A stretch of 64,000 nucleotides of DNA, taken from NCBI RefSeq assembly GCF_006345805.1, contig NC_043005.1, forward strand, positions 248,001 to 312,000, in the 5' to 3' direction. Positions within the stretch are counted from its first letter, which is position 1. Every line of letters starts with the position of its first letter. The DNA is from Octopus sinensis (Eukaryota). Under the pieces are notes generated by a model, which was not told where the DNA came from, searched no databases, and worked only from the letters and a program-made list of their open reading frames with translations. A program made the translations under genes and the position numbers. Below are positions 27,349-40,860 of the stretch, piece by piece.

Positions 27349-27637
27349 CTTAGATAAACTCAGATATGTTTCGACCAGAGATCGGTCCAGGCCATGTCTA
27401 ACTTAATAGCACCACATGTATATATTTGTATTTTTGTCTGTGTGTTTGTCCCCCACCTTCACTTCAGAACCGGTGTTGGTGTTTCTACTTCTCCGTAACC
27501 TAGCGGTTCCGCTAAACAGATCGAGAGAATAAGAACTAGGCCTACGGAGAATAAGTTATGGGGTCTATTTCTTCGTCTAAAAGTAGTGCTCCTGCAAGGC
27601 CGCAGTCCGTAATTGCAATAACTGAAACACATAAAGG

Positions 27638-27640
<3 letters not shown>
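27070..27640. mobile_element. Two partial, oppositely oriented or degenerate copies of SINE family B
   Basis: Similar to 45548-45755 and 59385-59790 (TAGCGGTTCG..AAAAGA..GATAGAATAAGTACTAGGCTTAC..AGAATAAGTC core). Confidence 0.6.
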
Positions 27641-27676
<36 letters not shown>

Positions 27677-29071
27677 ACACATACAATGGCGTCATTGTTA
27701 CTGAAATCTTTATATTGATAAACAGGCAAGGAATGTGTGCATACACACACCCACACACAATGGCTTCGTTGTTACGGAGATCTTTATATTGATAAATCTT
27801 AAGATCTCGTTGCATTTGCAAACATTATAGCTTTCACTAAGAAGGAAGGCTAAACTCTAGAACTTGACGTTCTGATTGGACCAAGTGGTGTCCTGGTTGT
27901 GCATCAAGCATCAGGTTTAAATTTTATTCATGCTTTATTATTTTTGTTTGTTTGTTACTTTGGTCTACGGGTTTTTCAAATCTGGGCTTCGTTTCCGGCC
28001 TAGGGTTATACAATTTCTGCATATTTTCTTTATAAAACTCTACTGCTTTTATTTGTTCCTTTTTTGTTTTTGTTTTGTTTTTTACCTGACACACACTTAA
28101 CCGGTTGAATGGAACTTCTCACAGCATCTTCCGTTTCACTTTCCGTACCAACTTTCATTCCTGCAATTTATACTATTTCCAGATTAACTTTCTGCTAGAA
28201 AACAAAGACGAATTCTCAGAAATTCATTGTCTTCAGCTCCCTATCTTCTCAGATTCTCAGACATAAACTGCACTGAACTTTATATATTTTTCATTGGCTT
28301 TCGTAATTTTATTCACAGTTCTTATTCACATGAAACCTCTTATGATTCTATCAATAAATATTTATGAAAACCCCTCTTTCCTGACGGATGGTTGGGGTCA
28401 GCTAAATGTCGTAATCTCTCCGTTTTGTAATCAAATAGAGAGATTCAATTCAAGGGAGACATGTTTTAGTTTCAAATATTTTTGACTTGCAAATTGTTGC
28501 ATGGAATCCCTTCTCGGTGACGCGTACCCTAAAACGCATGGATTAAATCAACTCTTCCGTCTTCTTCACTAAGCCTTTCACATAACTAAATCTTTCTTGG
28601 TGGAATTTGAATATTTAAACTGAATATAGGACTAGATATTCATATGAGACGCTTGATAGCATTCCTCTTTGTAGACAGCGTTGTATAATTAAGGAGCGCA
28701 GAATAACTCGGGCAATATTCCATTCCGTGTGTCCTCCTATCGAAATAGAAGCGTCGGGTGGCTGTCATGATACACGGATAGTCTTGGACATTCAAACCAT
28801 ACTGGTTCTTGTGTTTCGCGTGCTCTGACAGAAACAGAATCCTTGCAGTGAGGAAGAAAAGGAGGCAGTGAGATGAGAATCGGCACAAAGAAGGGAGTTA
28901 GTAATTTATCGATAATGAAACAGCGAAAGGCATAAGTGGCCTGAGAGATGAGATTCGGACAAGAATATATAGAAAAAGAAAGACTACACAAGAAATTCTG
29001 TTGCATGCCAATCCGATGCCAATGTTTGCTAATACTAATGGTGCAATGGAACATAACATATATTGGAGTGT

Positions 29072-29189
29072 CACTAGCATAGCTGGCGTGGGGCGGTAGG
29101 TGTGGTCCGCCAGGGCGGCACTTTTAAAGGGGTCTGGATGCGGCAAACGTAGGGGCCACCCCGGGGCACACATTCTAGCTCCGTTAGTG
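29072..29189. mobile_element. Short GC-rich MITE (hAT-like termini)
   Basis: Imperfect TIRs CACTAGCATAGCT ... AGCTCCGTTAGTG. No clear TSD. Confidence 0.45.
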
Positions 29190-29637
29190 AGCATGGTGTA
29201 TACATTTCTTTTATATAATAGTAATGGAAGCACTTGAGTGGAGAAAGTATCCTGTGCTCCGTGTGGCAGAACTGATCCAACTAAAGCGGTAATTACGAAA
29301 GGTCTGTATTTCTAGGAACAATGGAGGCAGTTCTGTGGAACTGGCTCCGAAAAATTTTTTGCCGTGTGTTGGGAGAAACTGTTGGAATGTTTCGACTCAC
29401 TCGCATAGGAAAGAATTTATGTGAGAGAAGCGCAACTATTTGTATAGACACTAAAATCAATAATAATTTATAAGCTAGGCAAAGAATGCCTACAGAAATA
29501 AACACACATTGGGAGCGCCCTGTATTGAACCTCTTTATGTCGAAGCATCTGCAGACGTATGACAAGTGGTGAAACATCATTTCACGATGGCAATATGAAA
29601 TGGAAATATTTATCGACTTCCTACACACTCAGTAATA

Positions 29638-31790
29638 AGACTCATGCTCTCAGGAATGACTCATTGCAAACAAACACAGGTGGAGTCACCTGCTCTACCT
29701 CACCAATGCCCTAGTCATGGAACAAGTTGTACTCAGACCAACTAGGGAAAATAACATTTTGGATCTCTGCTTCACAAACAATATAGACATCATTCATGAT
29801 GTGAAAGTAACGCCGACATTAGTCTCGGATCACAACATAATAGAGCTTTCTATGTTTGGGCCGAAAGTAGCCAGAGGCATACAGCCAAAAGGAAGCACCC
29901 GAAATCTCTCCAATCGGAACTTCCACAAAGTAGACTGGAAACCGATCCAAAAAGAGATCCGCAGACAGGACTGTCCGAAATGTCTCTCCACACCAGACAT
30001 TGGCATGAAACTAGAGTATTTCATGTCTGTTATGCAAGCCATATGCCAGAAGTATGTTCCAGAGCACAAGGCCACAACAAATAGGAATAAGATTCCAAAG
30101 AAGAGGAAGTTTCTCATGAGACGACGGACGAAGGTTGCAAATCGCCTCAACCAACATGCCAAAAGTAGTGAAAGGTCCCGCCTAAAAACAACACTGATGT
30201 AGATTGGAAAAAGCTTGCAACAATTTTATGAGAGGGAGAGAGCAGACAAAGAAGCCTGGGTTAGTAAAAACATTAAGTCAAATCCAAAGGCCTTCTTTCA
30301 TTACGCCACAGAAACAGCATCAATACACCGCAAGATAGGATCCCTCTTCCAAAAGGATGGCACCCTCACAGATAGCCCAACCAGGATCAGTGAGGTACTG
30401 AATGACCAGTTCAAAAGTGTCTTTATCACTCCGTTGGAACACAGACAAGTGAATTAACCGGTGGACTTTTTTTGCCGCCTCACCTATAACCAGCGAGGCA
30501 ATTACGATGGAATACATCCACATTAGCGAAGAAGATTTACTAACCATAGATCAAGTGGACGCAAACTCAACGGATGGTCCTGATGGTTTGCCAGCAATCC
30601 TCCTCAAATCGTGTAAGCATGCCCTGGCAAAACCCCTCCAGATTTTCTTCCAGAGCTTTCTTGCAAATGGCAGACTGCCAAACAAGCTGAAGAAGGTAAT
30701 AATATGCCCAGTCAATAAAGGAAGCAGAGCAGATGCCAAAAACTATTGGCATATCTCTCTGACTTCACACATCAGCAAAGTCATGGAACAGATCGTCAGA
30801 GGGAAACCAATTGCATACCTTGAAGAAAATAATTTGTTGAGTGATACCCAGCATGACTTTCGAACAGGTAGGAGCTTCCAGACCCAGCTCTTACAACATT
30901 ATGACCTGTTCGAAAGGGCTGAGGATAATAATATGCAGTTAAATGCTGAAAAATTCCAAGCCCTGCGCTACCAGCGTCCAAAACTGAATATGGAACTTAC
31001 TGGGTCCACAGGGAATTTTAATCCCAGAGCCTAAGTCAATGAAGGACCTGGGTATCGACATGTGTTGATACCTCTTTTCAAGTGCACATTACCAGGATAG
31101 TAACAAAGTGCAGACGACTGACTCGATGGATCCTGAGAATATTCAGAACGAGCGAGAAGGAAAGCATGATGGTCCTCTGGAGGACATTCTTCCCCAGCCG
31201 CATGGATTACTGCTTCCAGCTATGGTCACTCAACAGTGTAAAATTAAAAGCCGGCCTTGAAGCAATCCAGCGAAGCTTCACAAAGGAGATCGTCACATTG
31301 CAACAGCTCAGCTAATTGGAAAGGCTGCAACAGCTAAGACTCTACTCCCTGAAGCGAAGGCGGGAGAGGTATGCAGTAATATATACATCTGGAAGATCCT
31401 GGAAGGAATTGTGCCAAATTTTGGCATTGGAAGCTACATCAATGCAAGGAACGGGTCGACACTGCACACTGCCAAATATCCCAGCAATGCCAAAACGCTT
31501 CAGGACCATTTACTGCAACAACCTGTGTTTCGGGGGCACACACTTTTTTAATATTCTCCCAAAGAGCCTGAGAAATCTGCACAAAGTAGATATAGGTGTT
31601 TTTCAATCAAAGCTGGACGTCTTCCTGTCGAGAGTCCCAGATAAACGTACCTCAAGGCATGAGGTGCAAATAAGGGTAGCTATATCAAACTCCATTCTAC
31701 ACCAAGTGGCATATATTAGAGGAGGTTCTCAGTAATCAGTGTAGCAAAACAACGGTGCTCCAACATGGCCACAGCAATGACCTGAAACTA
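29638..31790 (+). mobile_element. Degenerate CR1-group LINE with internal deletion of the RT core
   Basis: PTRENNILDLCFTN...SDHNIIE (APE end), NPKAFFHY, GPDGLPAILLK, NYWHISLTSHISKVME. It then jumps (QLLQHYD|LFERAEDNNM) past the QG and FADD motifs. 3' part LYSLKRRRERY. Confidence 0.88.
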
Positions 31791-31806
31791 TAAAATTGTA
31801 TGTACG

Positions 31807-31810
<4 letters not shown>

Positions 31811-31892
<82 letters not shown>

Positions 31893-31946
31893 ATATATAT
31901 ATGCATATGTATATATAATATATAAATGTATATACATATAAGTATG

Positions 31947-31980
<34 letters not shown>

Positions 31981-32170
31981 TGTACGTACGTATGTATGTA
32001 TGCATGCATGCATGTATGTATGTATGTATGTACGTATGTATGTTGTATGTATGTATGCATGTATGTATGTAAGTATGTATGTATGTATGCATGCATGTAT
32101 GTATGTATGTATGTATGTATGCATGTATGTATGTATGTATGTATGCATGTATGTATGTATGTATGTATGC

Positions 32171-32201
<31 letters not shown>

Positions 32202-32326
32202 CATGTATGCATGCATGCATGCATGTATGTATGTATGTATATATGTATGTATGTATGTATGCATGCATGCATGTAGGTATGTATGTATGTATGTATGTAT
32301 GTATGTATGTATGTATGTATGCATGC

Positions 32327-32359
<33 letters not shown>

Positions 32360-33080
32360 TGTATGTATGCATGTATGTATGTATGTATGTATGCATGCAT
32401 GCATGCATGTATGTATGTATGTATGTATGTATGCATGCATGCATGCATGCATGTATGTATGTATGTATGTATGAATGTATGCATGTATGTATGTATGCAT
32501 GTATGTATGTATGTATGTATGTATTCATGCATGTATGTATGTATGTATGTATGTATGCATGCATGCATGCATGCATGTATGTATGTATGTATGTATGTAT
32601 GTATGCATGCATGCATGTATATATGTATGTATGTATGTATGTATGCATGTATGTATGTATGCATGCATGCATGTACGTATGTATGTATGTATGTATGTAT
32701 GTATGCATGTATGTATGTATGTATGTATGTATGCATGCATGTATGTATGTATGTATGTATGTATGTATGTATGTATGTATGTATGTATGTATGCAGTTAT
32801 GTATGTATGTATGTATGCATGCATGTATGTATGTATGTATGTATGCATGCATGTATGGATGCATGTATGTATGTATGCATGCATGTATGTATGTATGTAT
32901 GTATGTATGTATGTATGTATGTATGTATGTATGTATGTATGTATGTATGTATGTATGTATGATGCATGTATGTATGTATGTATGTATGTATGTATGTATG
33001 CATGTATGTATGCATGCATGTATGTATGTATGTATGTATGTACGTACGTATGTATGTATGTATGTATGTACGTACGTATG
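31811..33080. repeat. (TA)n and (TATG/CATG)n microsatellite
   Basis: Directly visible. Confidence 0.97.
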
Positions 33081-33266
33081 TAGTATGAATGTATCGGTGT
33101 GCAGGTATAGCTGCGTGGTAAGAAGCTTTATTCTCAAACTCGTGGTTGCGGTGTTCAGTCCACTGCAAGGAACCATGGGCATATGTCATCTAACATAGCT
33201 CCAGGCGATCCCAAAACTGTGAATTGGTCTATTATGAGAAGCCCGTATATATATATTATATATATA

Positions 33267-33316
<50 letters not shown>

Positions 33317-33387
33317 ACATATATATACATATTTATATATTATATATGTATATATATATATATATATATAACAAACAGGGGACAGTC

Positions 33388-33766
33388 ATTAGTCAGAATA
33401 TTGATGACGTCCTTTTCTGCTTGACTAGTCACCTAACACGTACAGACAGTGTGTAGATCTAATGTAGCTATAAGTCGTGATTGGGCAGAATCTCGATGAC
33501 GTCCCGTTGTGCTTGACTAACGAAGCGACTGGTCCAAAACAGGAAACAGACAAGAGGCAGTTATAATACAGTGATTGGTCAAAATGATGATGACGTCCCG
33601 TTCTGCTTGACTAAAGCCACCAACGAAAACGATTGGTAAACACGTTGATGACGTCACGCTACGCTGGACTGACCACTAACAGGCATTATAAACCGAGCAA
33701 TTCACAAGATCACTAGAACCACCCAGCGAACACACACCATGGGTCATCACAATGCTTCAGGTAAAA
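33388..33766 (+). promoter_or_regulatory. Promoter-like module: 4x ATTGG-N12-TGACGTC, TATA box, Kozak ATG and splice donor
   Basis: ATTAG/ATTGG at 33388, 33480, 33574 and 33632, each exactly 12 nt before TGACGTC (33405, 33497, 33591, 33649; the last is a full TGACGTCA). TATAAA 33687-33692, CACCATGG at 33735-33742, CAG|GTAAAA at 33760/33761. Confidence 0.6.
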
Positions 33767-34114
33767 ATGAATGCCTCGCTCTTTCGGAAACATCAATTCT
33801 GTATTGACTGCTTTCCCCCACTTTCATCTGTTTTTTGTATTGAATACGCATCGCCACCGTGGGCAACTGCATCGAACACTTTGAACATATAGCATGAATG
33901 AACTTACTTCAAGCTATATATCAACTATACATGAACTCTAAGATGTCTGACTCCGTTGTGTATTATAAATGACTTTTTGTGTTTGACGGCATGAGCTGTC
34001 TTTTTTATATATAACTTTTTTGATAAGGTTCATTTCAGGAACTGAAACATGTTATAATGTATATAAAAATTAAAAATTGTATAATATAGCAGCATTTTCG
34101 AACTTCATTTTTTT

Positions 34115-34163
<49 letters not shown>

Positions 34164-34190
34164 TAATATATAAAAATATATATATATATA

Positions 34191-35068
34191 ATTTATGAAA
34201 ATATGGTAAAGTAAAAGAATTCACTTTACCGCACACCGAACTTTTCAGAAATAGCAGCCAAAAATTTGGCTATTTCTTCAACTGCAAATAAGAGGTCTCC
34301 AGACAAATGCATACTCAGAAAAATAACTCGCATAGGTATAAGGGAAAAACAATGAAAGATCACATCCATATACGATACCCGATGACAGTCTGTTTCTGGA
34401 TTTGTGGGTAAAAAACGCCACTTTTCCTTCATCAGCTCAGAGATTTCTTCTGATTTAGATTTGAAAATACTTAAGAATCAAACATACCCGTCCGATATCT
34501 GTAAACATCGGACCAAAACCATGCCAGACACCCAGTATAGCGAATCCAAAAATACGAATGAGATCTATTATTCTCCCTGTCCGCCCACGTGAGTCATAGA
34601 GCATTCCATTTCTACAGAGGTAAAAACTGCAGTTCAAATTCTTGAGAGAAAGCATTATATTGTTATCAAAAAAGGGGGGTCAATTAATTAATTGTTAATA
34701 AATTCGACAAAGCAGTATTCGGTATGTAAAGACCATTTACGGTAATTTGAAGTATTAATTTATAAAAATATGGTAAAGTAAAAGAATTCACTTTACCGCA
34801 CACCGAACTTTTCAGAAATAGCAGCCAAAAATTTGGCTATTTCTTCAACTGCAAATAAGAGTCTCCAGACAATGCATACTCAGAAAAATAACTCACATAG
34901 GTATAAGGGAAAAAAATGAAAGATCACATCCATATACGATACCCGAGGACATCTGTTTCTGGATTTGTGGGTTTACCCACAAATCCAGAAACAGACTGTC
35001 CTCGGGTATCGTATATGGATGTGATCTTTCATTGTTTTTCCCTTATACCTATGTGAGTTATTTTCTGA

Positions 35069-35072
<4 letters not shown>
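34191..35072. repeat. ~215-bp direct repeat plus adjacent ~100-bp inverted copy (PLE pLTR-like architecture)
   Basis: 34191-34409 is similar to 34757-34972. 34975-35072 is the reverse complement of ~34875-34972. Flanked by (TA)n on both sides. Confidence 0.85.
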
Positions 35073-35148
<76 letters not shown>

Positions 35149-35384
35149 GCGGGGGTGCCTGTCTATCTGCCCCTATTTATCTCTACCTTTCATCGATTGA
35201 TAACTGAAGCTGATGTATGTATATATATGTAACGGTGTATTTTGAGCCGATAAAGTTTTAGTTAAAGTCGACAGTCACCAATTGTAACAGCGTATTTTTA
35301 ATTTTGGTGTGGTCACCTATATTATTGATGATGAAATGTTGGAGTCACCAATTGTAACGGCAGAATTTGTATTTTTTGTTTTAA

Positions 35385-36100
35385 ATTGTATTTAGTTCCA
35401 GCTCACAATCTGTGGCCATGCTGGGGCACCCCCACTTGGTGTTGCTACATGATTTTACTTCACGAATCCTTTTTAGCAAATGGCATCTGGTCCTTGAGAG
35501 AGTTCGATGCAGCTGCCCTCATCTGCACCTCCTGCCGTGAAGTTGGTTCATCTGGGACACCTGACAAGAAGAGATCCAGTTTTATTTTAAAGACATCTGC
35601 ATCCACCCCATGCAGGTCTCTTATGTTCTTTGGGAGGATATTGAAGAGCTGTGGGCCTCGGAAGCCCAGGCTATCACAGTATCTTGTTCTACATCTTGAT
35701 GGCACGTTTGGAGTCCTAAGCACTATGCAGTGGCGCCCAGTCTAGCATTTGTGTAACTCTCGATGCCAAAGTTTGGAACACGTCCTTCTAGGATCTTCCA
35801 GATGTATATTATGGCATATCTTTCTCGCCTACGTTCTAAGGAATAGAGTCCCAATCTCTTGAGTCTTTCCCAATAGCTTATATGCTGCACAGAGGCTATC
35901 TTCTTCGTGTAGCTTCGTTGGATCGCCTCAAGTTCTGTGATTAACTTGACACTGGATGGTGACCATAGCTGAGAGCAATAGTCAAAGTGGCTTAGGACAA
36001 GTGTCCTCCAGAGGGCTATCACGGTTTCCTGGTCTCTTGTTCTAAAGGTTCTAAGAATCCATCCGGTCAGTCGCCTACATTTCATTGCCAATTTAGCAAT
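35385..36100 (-). mobile_element. CR1-group LINE 3' fragment (same family as 29638-31790)
   Basis: KCRRLTGWILRTFRTR...DYCSQLWSP...LYSLERRRERY...GPQLFNILPK...LDLFLSGVPDEP. Confidence 0.9.
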
Positions 36101-36103
36101 GTA

Positions 36104-36775
36104 TGGTAAACTTTACTATGGAATTTTGGTGGAGGCAGTGGTAACGATAATAATTTGTGGTTATAATTGTTTACTGTAGGATGTGAAAGATGCACAATGT
36201 ATAAAGTTTTAAGAAGGTATTTATTTACCGTTACGTTACAAATACCTTGCCTCAACGGACAGGTTGTGATACATCCAAAAGTATGCGAAGTAAAGTTTGT
36301 GTTTGTGTCCTCATCAGTGTTTAGTAGTAATTGCTGAGACAGAATGATGTTGTAAGAGAACAGAATTAGAGCTAGAGAGAAGTGTTGGTTGTTGTCTGAC
36401 AGTAAACTTCCTCTCTCCCTCTGATCAAGGTTGGTCAGCCAGACCCCGTTGAGTCGTCACCGACTGTGACTGACTGATTTTTGCTTGGGATGTGCTTACT
36501 TATATAAAGATCCAGAAGGATAGATATATCATTGAGAACAATAGATTTAGTTGGTGGTCTTGTTATCTCTATTCTAGCTTTTTGTGAAGCAGAGGAGGCC
36601 AGAAAGGGTCAAGTGGTGAAAACATTATTTCGGCCTAGGTAAAGGCATTTGGAAAATGTGAAACTGCTGCCAGAGAAAAACCATTGTTCCACCATGGGAA
36701 AAGTTCTGTAGTAGTGTTATTTTAAATTTGGCTATGGTGGATCGAATCCACTTCATGCATGCAGGATTCACTACA
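36104..36775 (-). mobile_element. Probable solo LTR
   Basis: Minus strand starts TGTAGTG (36775), has TATATAAG (~36505) then AATAAA (~36224), and ends in CA (36104, or alternatively CTACA at ~36175). The TSD is imperfect. Confidence 0.5.
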
Positions 36776-37917
36776 TATATATATAGTTTATATTTAGCTT
36801 TAATAACTACTGCTCAAATATGAGATTTAGTTTTAGGCAATCACCAATATAGTTGATTATTTTAAAATTCTCCTACAAAAATAAAATCCAGTCCCATAAG
36901 ACGCTCTTCCTGCGATAAATGGTATTTCTCCTTTATTCCTAACATGGTCAATTTCCGAAAAAGAAAAAAAAGGGGGGAGGGGGAAACTATCGTCATAACG
37001 TCGTAAAAAAAAATCAGTTCATATTTTCAAGGGAATGAATTGCGAAGGTAATGATTTCAAGGGGAGTAACTACGTAATATAGAATTGGAAGGGAGTTAAC
37101 TCTAGCATGAGTTGTTCATAGAATTTTGTGGGGGGAAATGCAAGATGCCTCTCTTCGAAAATCTGGATGCAAATTTCATATCTGGTTTCAGAATTCGCAA
37201 TATACGTATTTTCAAATCATATTTAATATGACATGTAGGTATTAAAAGTTGCAAATATATGATAAAAGCTACAACAGTCATTTCCCCGGTTTTAGAGAAA
37301 GCTCTAGGCTTTTTTTTTCCACCTACATTTCGATAGCAATGAAATCTAATGCAAAAAGATACGTGTAGCTGGATACATTCTCCTCCTGGGGGCACCAAAA
37401 TACTGCCCGACAATAAAATAACTGATGTCGCTTTGGTAGGACAACCACTTGACAATGGACGCTTAAACACAATCCATTTAGAAGGAATTTTAAATTTCTC
37501 TCTACTTCTTCAGGAATATCTTTGATTGTCGAAGATCACAAAATTTATCAAATGGATTCCCAAGTGACATTTACAAAATCCTATTTAATCAACCGCGAAT
37601 ATATCATTTCAACTAAAATGTATCGCATTAATTGATGTGTTTTCTGTTTCGAATAGGAAAAAAATACAAACATGAAGAAATGAATGTAAATTCTTCCTAT
37701 CCCCAAAAGACGCAAACTAAAATTTTCTTGTGAAGAGAATTTATTGTAGAAAATTTGCAACCACATTCGAAGCTGAAGAAATCGATCTGTAAACAAGTGT
37801 CCCAGACACTAGACAAATAATCAACATTATAACGAGCTGTTTCAGGTAGAGTTTTGATAAATAGAACACAAAACGTATTGTAAGGCAAAATTAATGTTTT
37901 ATTACTGATTCATCATA

Positions 37918-38067
37918 TAAGGCAAATAGATATGTGTAAGGCAAATAGATATGTGTAAGGCAAATAGATATGTGTAAGGCAAATAGACATGTGTAAGGCA
38001 AATAGATATGTGTAAGGCAAATAGACATGTGTAAGGCAAATAGATATGTGTAAGGCAAATAGACATG
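37918..38067. repeat. 19-bp minisatellite (TAAGGCAAATAGAYATGTG) x ~8
   Basis: Directly visible. Confidence 0.95.
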
Positions 38068-38108
38068 GAGTATAGCCCAGATACTTAACTGCTGAAAATA
38101 TATTTATT

Positions 38109-38420
38109 TTGGCACAAGGTCAGTAATTTCGGGGGAATGGTGGTAAGTCGATTACATCGACCCCAGTGATCAACTGATATTTATTTCATCGACCCCGAAA
38201 GGATTACAAGGTAAAGTCAACCTCAGCAGAATTTAAACTCGGAATGTGCAATCGGAAGAAATGCCTCTAAGCATTTTCTCCGGTGTGCTAACGATTCTGC
38301 CAGCTCGTAATTAAGATATAATGATTTCAAACTTTGACACAAGGTGAGCAGTTTTGAGTGAGGCGGGCGAGTCGATTACATCGACCCCCGCAGTTCAAAT
38401 ACTACTTATTTAGTCGACCT
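38109..38420 (-). mobile_element. SINE family A, one full and one partial copy
   Basis: Shared core with 16074-16281. Confidence 0.75.
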
Positions 38421-39683
38421 TGATTACTATTGATAATATTGCGAAATTTCATAAACACCTACAAAACAAATTTGTTTAATTGCATACCCAGTTAATTGCA
38501 CAGAAATTTCAAGTGGAAATAACTATGTCATAAGATACGTTAGTTTATAATGATCCTAAAAGATACGTTGGTAGATATAAGATACGTTAGTTTATAATGA
38601 TACCATAAGACACGTTAGTATATATTAGTCTTAAAAGATACGCTGGTATATAATGGTGTTGAAAGATATGTTAGTAGATAGTGGTCTACATTTTTTGATA
38701 TCTTAAGCAGATTTTTATATTTAATTAAAAACAACAGTCTTTTATTTTATACACCCAAACACACAATGGGTTCAGTTAGGACAAAGACTTTGCTAAATAT
38801 TGAATTTATTCAAATATTCTTTAATGGGTTTCAATCATTGGATTACAGTTACATTTTGGTTACGTTTTCGTGGATTACAGTCGATTAGGATGATCTCGAC
38901 CTTTCCTGTATTTATTATAGTATCGACTTTGGAGCACAACAAAAGTTGAAGTCAGCTTGGTGTAAACTAAAGCAGCAAATATGGATAGAAAACAAGAATG
39001 TAACTGAAGAATTTCGCTATGCCCTGGGAGAGAAGGAAAGTGACATTTCATACAACAAAGAGTGTCGGCTTCATTGGAGTAGGGTTGTCGTCATGGAAAT
39101 ATATTTCGAATCGAATGCAAATTGCTAATTAAAATATACCCGGTACACAGTCTGTCTTTATGGCTAGAATCCCTCTTCCCCTTCAGTTTTTAAATCTCAA
39201 ATTAATTCAGATGAAACCAATCTGGTTAATTCAAACAGAATTGGAAAATCGAACTTCAACTGGAGAAAAGCACAAAACCACAACATTAACTGAAGATTGC
39301 CGAAGATTATAAAACAGAGAAACAGGAAAATATCTGTGGATTAAGTAGAGTTTGAAAGCATCTCCTAATTATCAAATACAATAAATTTGCTGATTATGTA
39401 ACTGCTAAATCAGAGATATTCAATAAATGTTGTGCATCAATAAATATCTGCTGAAAATGCAGCAAGTTATACACTAACAAAATGACTGTATCAACATAAT
39501 GCTATTTGCCAAGGATACGCCCATGCACACCTTCTTTTCTATCAGCAACGGAACTCTTCTTTCTTGAGCTCTACTTTCTCTTTTTATGTCACTTAAAGGA
39601 AATGTCTGTCATGTCCTTATATTTTTAAACAATTACGTATATAGGCAGTTAAGGTAAATACCAATTATACACACACACACACG

Positions 39684-40240
39684 TATGTATGTATGTATGT
39701 ATGTATGTATGTATGTATGTATGTATGTATGTATGTATGTATGTATGTATGTATGTATGTATGTATGCATGTATGTATGTATGTATGTATGTATGTATGT
39801 TTGTATGTATGTGTGTATGTATGTATGTATGTATGTACGTATGTTTTTATATATGTATGTATGTATGTTTGTATGTATGTATGTATGTTTTTATGTATGT
39901 ATGTATGTATGTATGTTTGTATGTATGTTTGTATGTATGTATGTATGTATGTGTGTATGTATGTATGTATGTTTTTATATATGTATGTATGTATGTTTGT
40001 ATGTATGTGTGTATGTATGTATGTATGTATGTATGTATGTATGTATGTATGTATGTTTGTATGTATGTTTGTATGTATGTATGTATGTTTGTATGTATGT
40101 ATGTATGTATGTTTTTATGTATGTATGTATGTATGTATGTATGTTTTTATATATGTATGTATGTATGTATGTATGTTTGTATGTATGTATGTATGTTTGT
40201 ATGTATGTATGTATGTTTTTATGTATGTATGTATGTATGT
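39684..40240. repeat. (TATG)n microsatellite
   Basis: Directly visible. Confidence 0.97.
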
Positions 40241-40307
40241 ATACATACATGCATACGTACATGCAACCATGCACACACACACATAGACGTATATAAATGT
40301 GTGTGTG

Positions 40308-40351
<44 letters not shown>

Positions 40352-40703
40352 ATGTGACTATAATTTTTGTTCCTGACATTGATTTTGCAGTGGAGTTAGG
40401 AATCCTAACGTCCGTTTGTCGCATCGCCTACAAAGACCAATTAAATGCCAGACTGACAATAAAATACTCAATGTGATGTGATTCACTAAACTCCGAACGT
40501 TGTGCTCCATCATGTCCACGACCAAACTCCGAAATCTGCGAGAGAAGTAAGAGAACACATTATTGTTATTATTATTATTGCTGTTGTTGTTGTTGTTATT
40601 ATTATTTGTTATTATTATTATTATTATTATTTGTTATTATTATTATCGTTATATATTTGCAATATATATATAGATATGAATATGTATGTATGTATGTATG
40701 TAT

Positions 40704-40736
<33 letters not shown>

Positions 40737-40745
40737 CACACACAT

Positions 40746-40860
40746 TCAAATAGCGATAGAGTTAGGAATGAAGGGAGGATACAAGACGTCGTAAGGCCGA
40801 CCACGGGTTTTATATTTTTCTCTGAGTTCTTTAGTAATTCTTTTCAGATTCGATTGGAAA
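40746..40860 (-). CDS. Lipoxygenase terminal coding exon (C-terminal Ile ligand)
   Basis: gttttag|T TTC CAA...GCT ATT TGA; DFQSNLKRITKELREKYKTRGRPYDVLYPPFIPNSIAI*. Confidence 0.93.

Noticed and set aside
36859-37494. Possible TIR pair (TTTAAAATTC...GAATTTTAAA) of a DNA transposon
   Set aside because: The match is short and AT-rich with no TSD or coding support.
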